Source: Acutalibacteraceae bacterium
Lineage (GTDB): Bacteria > Bacillota > Clostridia > Oscillospirales > Acutalibacteraceae
Reading direction: 5' to 3'
Length of the DNA: 64,000 nt
Assembly (NCBI GenBank): GCA_045599305.1
Contig: JAZRVU010000103.1
Span: 173-64,172 of the forward strand
Part shown: piece after piece, positions 28,510 through 38,008 of the stretch
Numbering within the stretch: position 1 is the first letter of the stretch
Layout: every line of letters starts with the position of its first letter
Position numbers and translations under genes: made by a program
Notes under the pieces: model-generated
Told to the model about the DNA's origin: nothing
Database searches by the model: none
The model's input: the letters and a program-made list of their open reading frames with translations, nothing else

Positions 28510-29087
28510 GCGCCCCCGTGATGGTGCGCACCTTCGATGCCCCGCCCTTTGACGGAGTCGAAGCGCTGCGTTATGCCCGCTGCCCTGTCCCCACCGATGA
28601 GGTAAAAGCCCTGCTGGCCGACTGCCGCCGGGAACTGGAGGGACAGCTCACCCCCCGTGTCTGCTGGTGCGAGACCGACACCGCGGCGCTCTTTGCACTG
28701 ACGGACGCGTCGGCCGACCTGCGGCGGCATCTGGCCGGATGCTCCCGGGCGGTGGTGTTCGCCGCCACGGTGGGGCTCGCGCCCGACCGGCTGATCACCC
28801 GCTACGGGCAGCTCTCCCCCGCCCGCGCCCTGATGCTGCAAGCCATCGGCACCGAGCGGGTGGAAGCCCTGTGCGACGCTTTCTGTGCCGGGCTGGCGGC
28901 CGACCGGCCTGCCGGGGTCACCGCGCGGTTCAGCCCCGGCTACGGCGACCTGCCGCTTGACACACAGCGCGATATCTTTGCGCTGCTCGACCCGTCCCGT
29001 CACATCGGGGTGACGCTCAACCAAAGTCTGCTCATGTCACCGAGCAAATCCGTCACGGCGATCGTCGGCATTCGGGACGACGCCTGA
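28506..29087 (+). CDS. Stand-alone methionine synthase activation (AdoMet-binding reactivation) domain protein
   Basis: C-terminal RFSPGYGDLPLDTQRDIFALLD...GVTLNQSLLMSPSKSVTAIVGI is typical of the vitamin-B12-dependent Met synthase activation domain. Lies between metF and metH. Confidence 0.8.
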   Translation: MSAPVMVRTFDAPPFDGVEALRYARCPVPTDEVKALLADCRRELEGQLTPRVCWCETDTAALFALTDASADLRRHLAGCSRAVVFAATVGLAPDRLITRYGQLSPARALMLQAIGTERVEALCDAFCAGLAADRPAGVTARFSPGYGDLPLDTQRDIFALLDPSRHIGVTLNQSLLMSPSKSVTAIVGIRDDA

Positions 29088-29113
29088 TTTTGTTTTTTTA
29101 AGGAGTATCTGCT

Positions 29114-31501
29114 ATGACGATCAAGGAATGGATGGCCGACCGCGTGCTGCTTCTAGACGGCGGCATCGGCACACTGCTGCAGGCGGCGGGTCTGCGCCCG
29201 GGTGAACTGCCCGAGCGGTGGAATCTCACCCGCCCCGAGACGGTGCAGGACATCCATCGTGCCTATTTAAAAGCCGGCAGCCGGGTCATCACCACCAACA
29301 CCTTCGGCGCCAACACGCTGAAATTCGAGCCGGAGGAACTAAAAGCCGTCGTTTCGGCCGCCGTGCAGAACGCGCGGACTGCCATAACGGCGAGCGGCGT
29401 CTCCCCCGCTTTTGTCGCGCTGGATATTGGCCCCACCGGCCGTCTGCTGCGCCCCTTCGGCGATCTCGACTTTGAAGAGGCGGTGGGCATCTTCGCCCAG
29501 ACGGTGCGGCTGGGCGCGGCGGCAGGTGCCGATCTGGTGCTGATCGAGACCATGAACGACAGTTATGAGACCAAGGCCGCCCTGCTGGCCGCCAAGGAGA
29601 ACTGTGATCTGCCGGTCTTCGTCTGCAACGCCTACGGTGAAGACGGCAAACTGATGACGGGTGCCTCCCCCGCCGCCATGGTGGCACTGCTGGAGGGGAT
29701 GGGCGCCGACGCGATCGGCGTCAACTGCTCCTTCGGCCCCGACAAACTGGAGGCGGTGACGGCAGAATATCTGCAGCACGCCTCGGTGCCGGTCATTCTC
29801 AAGCCCAACGCCGGTCTGCCCCGCAGTGAAAACGGACAGACTGTATTCGATATCGGCCCCGACGATTTTGCCGCCCAGATGGCCGCCGCGGTGACACGCG
29901 GCGTGCGGATGGCCGGCGGCTGCTGCGGCACCACGCCGGTGCACATCGCGGCACTGGCGCAGGCGGTGAGCGGTTTGCAGCCGCTGCCGCAGGCCGCCAA
30001 GACCGCCGTGTGCATCTCCTCCTTCGCCAAGACCGTCACCTTCGGTGAAAAGCCGGTGCTGATCGGTGAGCGCATCAACCCCACCGGCAAAAAGCGCCTC
30101 AAGCAAGCGCTGACAGAGGGCGACATGGCCTATGTGCTGTCGGAGGGGGTGCGTCAGCAGGAGCGCGGCGCCGAGGTACTGGACGTGAACGTGGGGGTGC
30201 CGGGGCTTGATGAACCGGCGCTGCTCACCCGCGCCGTGACCGAACTGCAGGCCGTGACCGAACTGCCGCTGCAGATCGACACCGCCGACCCCGCCGCCAT
30301 GGAGCGCGCGCTGCGCCGCTACAACGGCAAGGCGCTGGTCAATTCCGTCAACGGCAAGGCGGAAAGCATGGCCGCGGTGTTCCCGCTCATCCAAAAATAC
30401 GGCGGCGTGGTCATCGCGCTGACATTGGACGAAAACGGCATCCCCGCCACCGCCGACGGGCGCGTGGCGATCGCCGAAAAGATCTTGCGCACCGCCGCCA
30501 AATACGGCTTGGGCCGGCGCGACCTCATCTTCGACCCGCTCGCCATGCCGGTGAGTGCGGACAAGCACGCCGCCCTCGTCACGCTGGAGGCCCTGCGCCG
30601 CATCCGGGACGAACTGCACTGCCTCACCTCGCTGGGGGTATCGAACGTGTCGTTCGGCCTGCCCGCGCGCCCGGCGATCAACAGCGCTTTCTTCACCGCC
30701 GCCATGGAAAACGGCCTGGCGGCCGCTATTCTGAACCCTGATTCCGATGAAATGCTGCTCGCCTACCACACCTTCTGCGCCCTGCACGGGCTGGACGAGA
30801 ACTGTGCGGGATATATCGCGTTCTGCGAAGCCAAGGTGGACGTGCCCGCCGCCCCGAAAACCGAGGCAGAGCCGCCCTCCGGCTCCGCATTGCAGCGGGC
30901 GATCGTAAAGGGCTTGCGGGAGCAGGCCGGCGACGCCGCGGCCGCACTTCTGCAAAGCACCGATCCGCTCGCCCTCATCCGCGAGGAGATCATCCCCGCG
31001 CTGGACACCGTGGGACGTGGATTTGAGGCGAAGACCGTTTATCTGCCGCAGCTGCTGATGAGTGCCGAGGCCGCCGGCGCGGCTTTTGGCAAAGTGAAGG
31101 CCGCCATGGAGGCGACCCGCACTCCGGGCGCGACCCGCTGCCGCTTCGTGCTGGCCACCGTGCAGGGGGACATCCACGATATCGGCAAAAACATCGTGCG
31201 GCTGCTTTTGGAAAACTACGGCTTTGCCGTGACCGACCTCGGCCGGGACGTGCCGCCCGAAACGGTGGCCGAAACGGTGGTATCGCTGCACGCCCCGCTG
31301 GTAGGGCTGAGCGCCCTGATGACCACCACCGTCCCCGCCATGGAGGCGACCATCCGCCTGCTGCGCGAAAAGGCACCGTGGTGCCGGATCGTGGTGGGCG
31401 GCGCGGTGCTGACCGCCGAATACGCCGCCGCCATCGGCGCGGACAAATATGCCCGTGACGCGATGGAGACCCTGCGCTACGCCGAAGAAAACGACCGATA
31501 A
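29114..31501 (+). CDS. metH: Cobalamin-dependent methionine synthase lacking the activation domain
   Basis: Homocysteine S-methyltransferase N-terminus (LLLDGGIGT...GGCCGTTP), pterin-binding domain, and B12-binding DxHxxG motif GDIHDIGKN. Confidence 0.9.
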   Translation: MTIKEWMADRVLLLDGGIGTLLQAAGLRPGELPERWNLTRPETVQDIHRAYLKAGSRVITTNTFGANTLKFEPEELKAVVSAAVQNARTAITASGVSPAFVALDIGPTGRLLRPFGDLDFEEAVGIFAQTVRLGAAAGADLVLIETMNDSYETKAALLAAKENCDLPVFVCNAYGEDGKLMTGASPAAMVALLEGMGADAIGVNCSFGPDKLEAVTAEYLQHASVPVILKPNAGLPRSENGQTVFDIGPDDFAAQMAAAVTRGVRMAGGCCGTTPVHIAALAQAVSGLQPLPQAAKTAVCISSFAKTVTFGEKPVLIGERINPTGKKRLKQALTEGDMAYVLSEGVRQQERGAEVLDVNVGVPGLDEPALLTRAVTELQAVTELPLQIDTADPAAMERALRRYNGKALVNSVNGKAESMAAVFPLIQKYGGVVIALTLDENGIPATADGRVAIAEKILRTAAKYGLGRRDLIFDPLAMPVSADKHAALVTLEALRRIRDELHCLTSLGVSNVSFGLPARPAINSAFFTAAMENGLAAAILNPDSDEMLLAYHTFCALHGLDENCAGYIAFCEAKVDVPAAPKTEAEPPSGSALQRAIVKGLREQAGDAAAALLQSTDPLALIREEIIPALDTVGRGFEAKTVYLPQLLMSAEAAGAAFGKVKAAMEATRTPGATRCRFVLATVQGDIHDIGKNIVRLLLENYGFAVTDLGRDVPPETVAETVVSLHAPLVGLSALMTTTVPAMEATIRLLREKAPWCRIVVGGAVLTAEYAAAIGADKYARDAMETLRYAEENDR

Positions 31502-31504
31502 CCA

Positions 31505-31545
31505 ATACGCCCGCTCTTGTCGTTGGAGAGCGGGCGTGTATTTTA
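31505..31545. terminator. Bidirectional terminator between metH and the GH28-like gene
   Basis: ACGCCCGCTCT-loop-AGAGCGGGCGT followed by GTATTTTATT. Confidence 0.7.
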
Positions 31546-33057
31546 TTCCATGAAAATGTCCGTCACATCGGGGTCGTCCGGCACCTGCCACAGAGCGGTC
31601 TGTCTGGTGAGCGGCACCCCGTTCACGCTGATATCGGTGATGTGCACATCCGAGATCGTGGCACCCGGCACCTGCGACTCCACGCCGATCGGCACCGACG
31701 GGCGGCCGTCGGTCAGCGGGATGCGCTCGTCATAATACACGCGCACTCCGTCGACGGTGACGCCGTGCACGCACTGCTGCCGGATGCCGGTGAGATCCAA
31801 CCCTCCCAATGTATCGGGCACGCCCCAAACCGCGAGCGCCTCCCTCCCCCACGGGGAACAGCGCAGCCGGATCAGCCACGGTGTTGCCACGGTATCCTCG
31901 GCGCCGTAGATCATGTCATCCGTCTGCTGATAGACCTCTTTCGTATCAAAGGCATTATACTCCACCCGGATATCACGGAACACGATATCCGATATCTCGG
32001 CACAATTGCCGCTGTGGATATCCAGCGCCGTATTGCCCGCCCGCAGGATATCACAGTTCTCAAAGACGATGTCCCGCATGCGGCAGCAGAGCGTCTCCAC
32101 CCCCACCTCGCAGGTCTTGCCCCAGTCGCACCACAGGGTGCAGCCCTCGATGCGGATATCCACGTTGTCGGTGTCGGCATAGCGGAGAATGCCCTTGATG
32201 GTGACGGTGTCATCAAAGGAATGGATGAAAGAATGGCGGCAAAGGATGTGCTGGCAATTCACGATGTCCAGCCCGTCGGTGTTATACCGCCATTGGCCGA
32301 ACACCCGGATGTTGTCGAGCGTCACATCGGTGCAGTGGAACAGGTTGACGCACCACATAGCGGAATTGCGGAAGAGCACCCCTTCGATGCGCAGATTTTT
32401 GCAATCATAAAACTTCAGGTTGCCGTTGGTATACGCCTCATAAGCACCAGCCGAAAACCGCTCTTCACCGGAATCGTCCAGCAGACCGTTGCCGAAAATG
32501 CGGATGTTTTCGGCGTCTTCGGCAAACAGGCAGCCGAAGACCAGCGCGTCCTTATCCACATAGACGCTCTCGTTGCTGTGCAGGGTGATCTTCCCGGGCA
32601 TATGCACACCGGGACCGAAATAGTGGGTCACCGATGCCGGGTCGGGGCAAGGGATGGGGCGGCTGTTGAAGATGTAGAGGCAATGGTGATAGTCGTCCGT
32701 CTCCAACACGAAGTTGTCCTGCTGCGGCAGCACAAAGGTGATGATGCCGTTTTTCTCCGTCGGCACGATCCCTTTGGAATAGGGCTTGAGCAGTACCCGC
32801 TCGTGCGGACGGTGGGCGACCACCGAGAGGGTGACCGGCTCGTCGCTGACGATATTCACAAAGGCGGCCTCCTCCGACTGGTCGAAGGGGCGCTGATGGC
32901 CCGGCCACACCGTGTTGAAGGGATATTGGGAAATGCGGCAGGTGTACACCGGGATCTCCTCGCCGTTGAGATAGACCGTATAGTCGCCCGAGAGCGGCTC
33001 GCGGTACGCGAAAACGGATTTGGTGTACTCGTGTACGAATCGGGAAGCAGAAACCAT
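31543..33057 (-). CDS. GH28-like right-handed beta-helix glycosidase (polygalacturonase/rhamnogalacturonase type)
   Basis: NTDGLDI and FDDTVTIKG resemble the GH28 NTDG.D and DD..A.K blocks; repetitive beta-helix turn pattern. The GHG block was not seen, so family assignment is tentative. Confidence 0.6.
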   Translation of the reverse strand: MVSASRFVHEYTKSVFAYREPLSGDYTVYLNGEEIPVYTCRISQYPFNTVWPGHQRPFDQSEEAAFVNIVSDEPVTLSVVAHRPHERVLLKPYSKGIVPTEKNGIITFVLPQQDNFVLETDDYHHCLYIFNSRPIPCPDPASVTHYFGPGVHMPGKITLHSNESVYVDKDALVFGCLFAEDAENIRIFGNGLLDDSGEERFSAGAYEAYTNGNLKFYDCKNLRIEGVLFRNSAMWCVNLFHCTDVTLDNIRVFGQWRYNTDGLDIVNCQHILCRHSFIHSFDDTVTIKGILRYADTDNVDIRIEGCTLWCDWGKTCEVGVETLCCRMRDIVFENCDILRAGNTALDIHSGNCAEISDIVFRDIRVEYNAFDTKEVYQQTDDMIYGAEDTVATPWLIRLRCSPWGREALAVWGVPDTLGGLDLTGIRQQCVHGVTVDGVRVYYDERIPLTDGRPSVPIGVESQVPGATISDVHITDISVNGVPLTRQTALWQVPDDPDVTDIFME

Positions 33058-33114
33058 ATCTATGATCCTCCTTATTTATGCTGCCACCAGTATACCATGC
33101 GGCATCCAAAAAAT

Positions 33115-33161
33115 CTTTAGGCTATTCCGTCAATTCTTTAGGCTATTCGGTCATTCTTTGA
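33115..33161. repeat. Tandem ~21-bp direct repeats (candidate activator/operator site) in the GH28 / SGNH divergent region
   Basis: TCTTTAGGCTATTCCGTCAAT (33115-33135), TCTTTAGGCTATTCGGTCAT (33136-33155), then partial TCTTTG. Confidence 0.65.
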
Positions 33162-33169
33162 AAATTTCT

Positions 33170-33198
33170 TGCAAATCCACACCGATCGCGGTAAAATG
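33170..33198 (+). promoter_or_regulatory. Promoter of the SGNH hydrolase gene
   Basis: TTGCAA, 17 nt, TAAAAT. Confidence 0.5.
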
Positions 33199-33224
33199 AA
33201 AGAAAAAAACAGAGGTGTTTTTTT

Positions 33225-34301
33225 ATGAAAGATCTGTCTGCTTATTATATCTCCCGCCGGGCACTGTGGCACACGGCGCAGGCCATCCGCCGCAGTCACA
33301 TCACCGTGGGCTTCATCGGCGGCTCCATCACCGAGCCGGGCGGCGGCAAGCGCTGGTCGGAAAAGGTGATCAACTGGCTGGTGGAGACCTTCCCCGGGGT
33401 GGCGGTGGATGTGGAAAACGCCGCCAAAGGCGCCTCCGGCACCCTTGCGGGCATTCTATACATGGACGCGGACATTCTCCCGCGCGGGTGTGACCTCGTG
33501 TTCGTGGAAAGCGCCGTGAACGACCATGAGCCGGCCTTCGGCCCCTGCCGCGAGGGCGAACTGCGCCGTCTGCTGGCGGCCGACGCCTTTGACGTGGTGC
33601 TGACCTACACCTATCATCAGAGCATGTATAAAGATTTTCTGGACGGCGAACTGCCGCCCTCCATCCGCGATTGGGAGACGCTGGCCGAGCACTACCGGGT
33701 GTCGAGCGTGTTCATGTCCCGCTACGCCTTCGATCTGACGCTGCAGGGGAGCCTGCGGTGGGAGGAGTGGCTGCCCGACGGCCTGCATCCCGCACACGCC
33801 GGCAGCCGCCTGTATGCCGAGCCGGTCTGTGCGCTGCTGGCCGGGCAGATCGACACGGCGGCCGCCGAATCGATCCCCCTGCCCGCGCCGCTGCACCCCG
33901 GCCATTGGGAAAACACCCACCGTCTGCCGTGGGAGGCGGTCACCCGCCACGGCGCCTGGCGGCTGGAGCGCTTCCGCCGCCTGCCCTCGGTGGGACAGGT
34001 GATGTGCACCGCCTCCATGACCTCCCGCCTCACCTTCACTTTTGAGGGGCGCGGGCTAATCCTGCGCAAAACGGAAAATGCCCGCTGCGCCGGGTTCCGC
34101 CTGCTGATCGACGGCGAAGAACTAATAACAGATGCCGGTCCCATCCCCGATTGGGGACGCGATGCCGCCGACTGGGTGCGGGAATCCACCACCGGCGCCG
34201 TGCTGCCGGCCGGCCGCCACGAAGCGGAACTGATCCCGGTCTTTGCCGAAGGGCGGCTGGGGTGCCAGTTTGAACTGTGCGATATCGGCGTGATCGGATA
34301 A
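33225..34301 (+). CDS. SGNH/GDSL-type hydrolase (probable carbohydrate esterase) with C-terminal beta-sandwich domain
   Basis: Block I GFIGGSIT, block III ESAVND, block V PDGLHP.H. Confidence 0.7.
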   Translation: MKDLSAYYISRRALWHTAQAIRRSHITVGFIGGSITEPGGGKRWSEKVINWLVETFPGVAVDVENAAKGASGTLAGILYMDADILPRGCDLVFVESAVNDHEPAFGPCREGELRRLLAADAFDVVLTYTYHQSMYKDFLDGELPPSIRDWETLAEHYRVSSVFMSRYAFDLTLQGSLRWEEWLPDGLHPAHAGSRLYAEPVCALLAGQIDTAAAESIPLPAPLHPGHWENTHRLPWEAVTRHGAWRLERFRRLPSVGQVMCTASMTSRLTFTFEGRGLILRKTENARCAGFRLLIDGEELITDAGPIPDWGRDAADWVRESTTGAVLPAGRHEAELIPVFAEGRLGCQFELCDIGVIG

Positions 34302-34310
34302 ATACATCAA

Positions 34311-34348
34311 AAAGCCCGTGCTTCCCCAAGGGGAGCACGGGCTTTTGC
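34311..34348. terminator. Bidirectional terminator
   Basis: AAAAAGCCCGTGCTTCCCC-aa-GGGGAGCACGGGCTTTTGCTTT. Confidence 0.75.
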
Positions 34349-34349
34349 T

Positions 34350-34994
34350 TTATCCCACGAGATCCGGAGCAAGCAGCTGGATCGAGGTGATCGCGCCGTT
34401 TTCGCAATAGATCTCCATGCGGCGCTGGCCGTCATAGTAGATGTAGGCGAAATCGTACTCACTCTCATTGGGGCCGTACATCTCCTCGATCTCCTCCGGC
34501 TTGCTCTGCAGGCTGAGCCCCGTCACGGTGGCCGGCAGGTCACCCGTGTAGCCGTTGTCGCTCAATTCCACGGTAATGATCCTGCCGTTCAGCACCTGCA
34601 GTGTCATGCCGGTGAAATAATATTCGGTCACGTCCGCCGCGGCGAAGCAGCTGGGCACCTCATTGGCGGGAGCGGCCTGCGTGCCGAGCAGCGAGAGCAG
34701 GGGATCGATGCTGTCGCCCAGCGCGAACATCGTGCCGCGGTAGGTGATATGCATTTTTTCGCGCATGGTCTCAAAGTGCACGGCGGTGGTGGGTGCCGCC
34801 GTGGGTGCCTCGGTAGGCGCTTCGGTGGGCGCCGCCGTCGTCGGTGCCGTGGTCTGCTCCGGCAGGGTGGAGCCGGTGGTGGCGGCCGTGATGCGGCCGC
34901 TGTCGTCCGGGTCGGGTCTGTCATTGCCGCAGCCGGCAAGGCAGAGCATCAGGCAGGCGAGTGCCGCCAACAGACAAATCATTTTCTTTTTCAT
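34350..34994 (-). CDS. Hypothetical lipoprotein (last gene of the MBOAT operon)
   Basis: MKKKMICLLAALACLMLCLAGC lipobox, then a Thr/Ala/Pro linker and a ~130-aa globular domain. Confidence 0.7.
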   Translation of the reverse strand: MKKKMICLLAALACLMLCLAGCGNDRPDPDDSGRITAATTGSTLPEQTTAPTTAAPTEAPTEAPTAAPTTAVHFETMREKMHITYRGTMFALGDSIDPLLSLLGTQAAPANEVPSCFAAADVTEYYFTGMTLQVLNGRIITVELSDNGYTGDLPATVTGLSLQSKPEEIEEMYGPNESEYDFAYIYYDGQRRMEIYCENGAITSIQLLAPDLVG

Positions 34995-36418
34995 TTTTCA
35001 TTTCCTCCAAAATAAATCGTCCCGATATCGCCGCTGACGGCATCACCGGAAATCAGACAAACTGTGTATTCTCCCGCCGGCAGGTCGGCGCTGTTCAGCC
35101 ACAGCGAGAAGCCCGCGCCGGACACATCGCCGAGCAGATCCCGTTCCCAAATGGGAAAAGCCTCGAAGACCGCACTGCCGCCCTCGCCGGTCAACTGCAC
35201 GAACAGGCGGCCGTCCGCCCCCGTGAACGACTCGTCCACCGTGCCGTACAGGCGGATGGCGTACCCCTCGTCACGCATATACACCGCCGCCTCGCAGGCG
35301 ACCGTGCGGGCGGGGGCGATTCCCTCCCGCCGCGGCGCCATCATGTAGGGGGCGGTGGCGATGAGATCGCGCAGGTTGCGCTCGGCGATCTCATAGATCA
35401 TGTCGCTGCCCGCGCCCACCGCCGCCATTTCCGGGCGGGTGGTGCGCACGAAGGTCGCGGTGTCGTAGGCGTCGATGAGGAAGGGCAGCAGCGCCCGCCC
35501 GAAGGAATCACGCACCATATAGAGGGACGACCCGTCGGTCGGGGTCAGCTTCGCGGTCTTGATGCGGTGGTCGTTTTCCTCGCGGTCGCTCATGAACACC
35601 GCAAGCTGTGCCGCGGTATCGGTCACGCCGGCGGGATAGGTGAAGCGAAACGGGGCGTGGACGATGTCCAGCACATATTGCTTATCATACACGGCCGCGG
35701 CCGGATAGAGCAGTTTATCGAGGTCGCCCTGCCAGGAATACTCTGCCGTATAGGCGGCGCCGTCGTGCGGGTCGTGTGCCTTGCCGAGTGCGTCCATCAT
35801 GGCGTTGCAGCCCAACAGTGCGCCGAGATTGTTCCAATGGGTGTCGCGCTTGTGATAGGTGGTGAGGGCGGTGTTGGCCAGCACGGGCAGCAGATCGGCA
35901 CACCGCACCCCCTGCGCCTCGGCCGCCGCCAGCAGACGGGAGAGGTCGCTTTCGGCCGTCCGGCGGTAGCGGGCGGGCATATGGTCCCCGTAGACGGAAT
36001 TCTTATTGGGCACCGGTGCAAAGAGGAAGCGGCCGCCTGCGGCCTCCACGTGCTCCTGCAAAAGCGACAGGGTCACGGCGGCGGCCTGCACCTCGTGCGC
36101 CGTCATCGGGTCCTGCCCGATATAGTCCGGCACGGTGTCCTCATAGAACACCCACCCGTCCCGACCGGTGACGACATTCGCCGCCGGTGAGGCGAGCACA
36201 CGGCTTTTCACGAAGTCCGCGCCGGTGATCAGCTGCGAGCGAAACGGCAGCGCCTCACCGAACCATGTGTCAAATTCCTCAAAAAAAGCGGTGTTCACGC
36301 CGTCCTCTGTGATCGGCGACGGCGGCGCAGACGCACCGAAAAAGGGGAAAGCGAGCAAAAACACGCCGCACACGCCGAAAAAGAGCACGCAGAACAATAT
36401 CTTTGCCGGTTTACTCAC
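34991..36418 (-). CDS. DHHW / AlgX-AlgJ-like SGNH-fold protein (extracytoplasmic partner of the MBOAT acyltransferase)
   Basis: N-terminal TM anchor; the KRDTHWNNLGA motif corresponds to the D-x-H-W signature; translationally coupled between the MBOAT and lipoprotein genes. Confidence 0.75.
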   Translation of the reverse strand: MSKPAKILFCVLFFGVCGVFLLAFPFFGASAPPSPITEDGVNTAFFEEFDTWFGEALPFRSQLITGADFVKSRVLASPAANVVTGRDGWVFYEDTVPDYIGQDPMTAHEVQAAAVTLSLLQEHVEAAGGRFLFAPVPNKNSVYGDHMPARYRRTAESDLSRLLAAAEAQGVRCADLLPVLANTALTTYHKRDTHWNNLGALLGCNAMMDALGKAHDPHDGAAYTAEYSWQGDLDKLLYPAAAVYDKQYVLDIVHAPFRFTYPAGVTDTAAQLAVFMSDREENDHRIKTAKLTPTDGSSLYMVRDSFGRALLPFLIDAYDTATFVRTTRPEMAAVGAGSDMIYEIAERNLRDLIATAPYMMAPRREGIAPARTVACEAAVYMRDEGYAIRLYGTVDESFTGADGRLFVQLTGEGGSAVFEAFPIWERDLLGDVSGAGFSLWLNSADLPAGEYTVCLISGDAVSGDIGTIYFGGNEK

Positions 36419-36433
36419 GGTCGCCGCCCCCTT

Positions 36434-37837
36434 TCAAAAACGGAAATAGATGAACGGATCATAGTCGCCCGACACCAGACACAGCACGCAAAGCAGGAAG
36501 ATGAGCAGCGTGCCCGCCGCCGTCACATAGGCGGTGACAGACGCGGCACGGCCGTCGGCCAGACGCCGCAGTTTTGGTGCGACCGGCAGCGAAAACACCG
36601 CCGCCAGCGCCAGTGCCAGCACGAACGCGGGCGAAAACCGCGCCAGCACCGCCGCTGTCATGCCGCTGCTCCCCGCCGCGGCACCGCACATCCTGCCAAG
36701 CAGCGAAAAGCCCTGCGAAAGGGTGTCCGCCCTGAACAGCACAAAGGTGAGGGTCACGACCAGCAGTGTATACACATGGCCGAACGGCCGGAACCACTTT
36801 TTTTCGGTGGGGATGATACCGCAGCCCTCCAACAGCATGAGCGCGCCGTGCAGCAGTCCCCACACGATGAAGGTGAGGTTGGCGCCATGCCACAGGCCGG
36901 TGAGGAAAAACACGATCAGGCGGTTCAGATCGGCACGGGCCTTGCCCCGGCGGTTGCCGCCCAGCGGGATGTAGACGTACTCCCGAAACCAGGTGGAAAG
37001 CGAGATATGCCAGCGCCGCCAGAAATCTTTTAAGGAGCAGGCGGTGTAGGGATAGCAGAAGTTTTCCTTGAAATCGAATCCGAAGATACAGCCGAGGCCG
37101 ATGGCCATATCGCTGTAGCCGGAAAAATCATAGAAGATCTGGAACAGGTAGCACACCGCGCCGACCCACGCCGAAAACGCGCCGATCTCCCCCACCGGCG
37201 CATCGAACACCAGATCGGCCACCAGACCCATCTGATCGGCGATCAGCACCTTTTTGCCCAGTCCCACGATGAAGCGGGAGACCCCGCGGAACACGCGGTC
37301 GGCGGTGAAATCCCGGTGATACAGCTGCGGCGCGATATCGTGGTATTTCACGATCGGCCCGGCAATGAGCTGCGGGAAGAACGAAATGTACAGGAACACC
37401 GTGAGCAGATCGCGCTGCACCGTGTCGCGATCACGGTAGACGTCGATCACATAGCTGAGTCCCTGAAAGGTGAAAAAGGAAATGCCGATGGGCAGCCGGA
37501 TGACCGGCACCGGCACCGAAAGCGCCGTGACGGCATTGAAGGTGGTGACCAGAAAACCGAGATATTTGAACACGAACAACAGGCCGATATTCAGCACGAT
37601 CGCCGCAGCCACAGCCGCTTTGGCGTATTTTTCATGTGTGCAGGCGCGGCCGAGCAGATAGTTTCCCACGATGGAGCCGATCATCAGCAGCACGGCCAGC
37701 GGCTCACCGAAGGCATAGAACAGAAGGCTGGCGCACACCAGCAGCACATTGCGCGCCGTCTGACTGCGGATGACCCAATAGAGCAGGAAGGTCACCGGCA
37801 GGAACAAAAACAAAAACACAAGGGAACTGAAGGTCAT
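36434..37837 (-). CDS. MBOAT family O-acyltransferase (AlgI/DltB-like)
   Basis: MTFSSLVFLFLFLPV N-terminus, ISFFTFQ..SY.ID.YR, and FWRRWHISLS.W.R.Y.YIPLGG with the conserved His. Start moved to ATG 37837 (GGAGGA SD). Confidence 0.9.
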   Translation of the reverse strand: MTFSSLVFLFLFLPVTFLLYWVIRSQTARNVLLVCASLLFYAFGEPLAVLLMIGSIVGNYLLGRACTHEKYAKAAVAAAIVLNIGLLFVFKYLGFLVTTFNAVTALSVPVPVIRLPIGISFFTFQGLSYVIDVYRDRDTVQRDLLTVFLYISFFPQLIAGPIVKYHDIAPQLYHRDFTADRVFRGVSRFIVGLGKKVLIADQMGLVADLVFDAPVGEIGAFSAWVGAVCYLFQIFYDFSGYSDMAIGLGCIFGFDFKENFCYPYTACSLKDFWRRWHISLSTWFREYVYIPLGGNRRGKARADLNRLIVFFLTGLWHGANLTFIVWGLLHGALMLLEGCGIIPTEKKWFRPFGHVYTLLVVTLTFVLFRADTLSQGFSLLGRMCGAAAGSSGMTAAVLARFSPAFVLALALAAVFSLPVAPKLRRLADGRAASVTAYVTAAGTLLIFLLCVLCLVSGDYDPFIYFRF

Positions 37838-37899
37838 GACATCCTCCGAATGTGCCCGCAGCGCGGGCGTTCTGTAATTATCATACCACAACGGGAAAC

Positions 37900-37946
37900 A
37901 AAAGTAAAGGAAAAGAGGTGCCGCACAGCCGTGCGGCACCTCTTTT
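37900..37946 (-). terminator. Terminator after the giant dockerin gene
   Basis: Perfect 15-bp stem AAAGAGGTGCCGCAC / GTGCGGCACCTCTTT with a 4-nt loop; T-rich tract on the reverse strand. Confidence 0.7.
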
Positions 37947-38008
37947 GAGAGACTGTTATGAATTACGCTTTCGGGAACGGCGGGGGGCGGATCCCCCTGC
38001 TGAGGAAA

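Noticed and set aside
29339-31591. 750-aa minus-strand ORF. The same applies to 19716-21464, 20872-22161, 22767-24305, 25161-26567, 31642-33120, 34961-36190, 5845-7200, 14489-15565 and 62118-63932.
   Set aside because: All are antisense to confidently identified genes (metH, glpA-like and partner, GH63-like, deoD/deoB, GH28-like, DHHW, folC, ssb/rpsF, aconitase). Long stop-free antisense frames are expected at this GC content.
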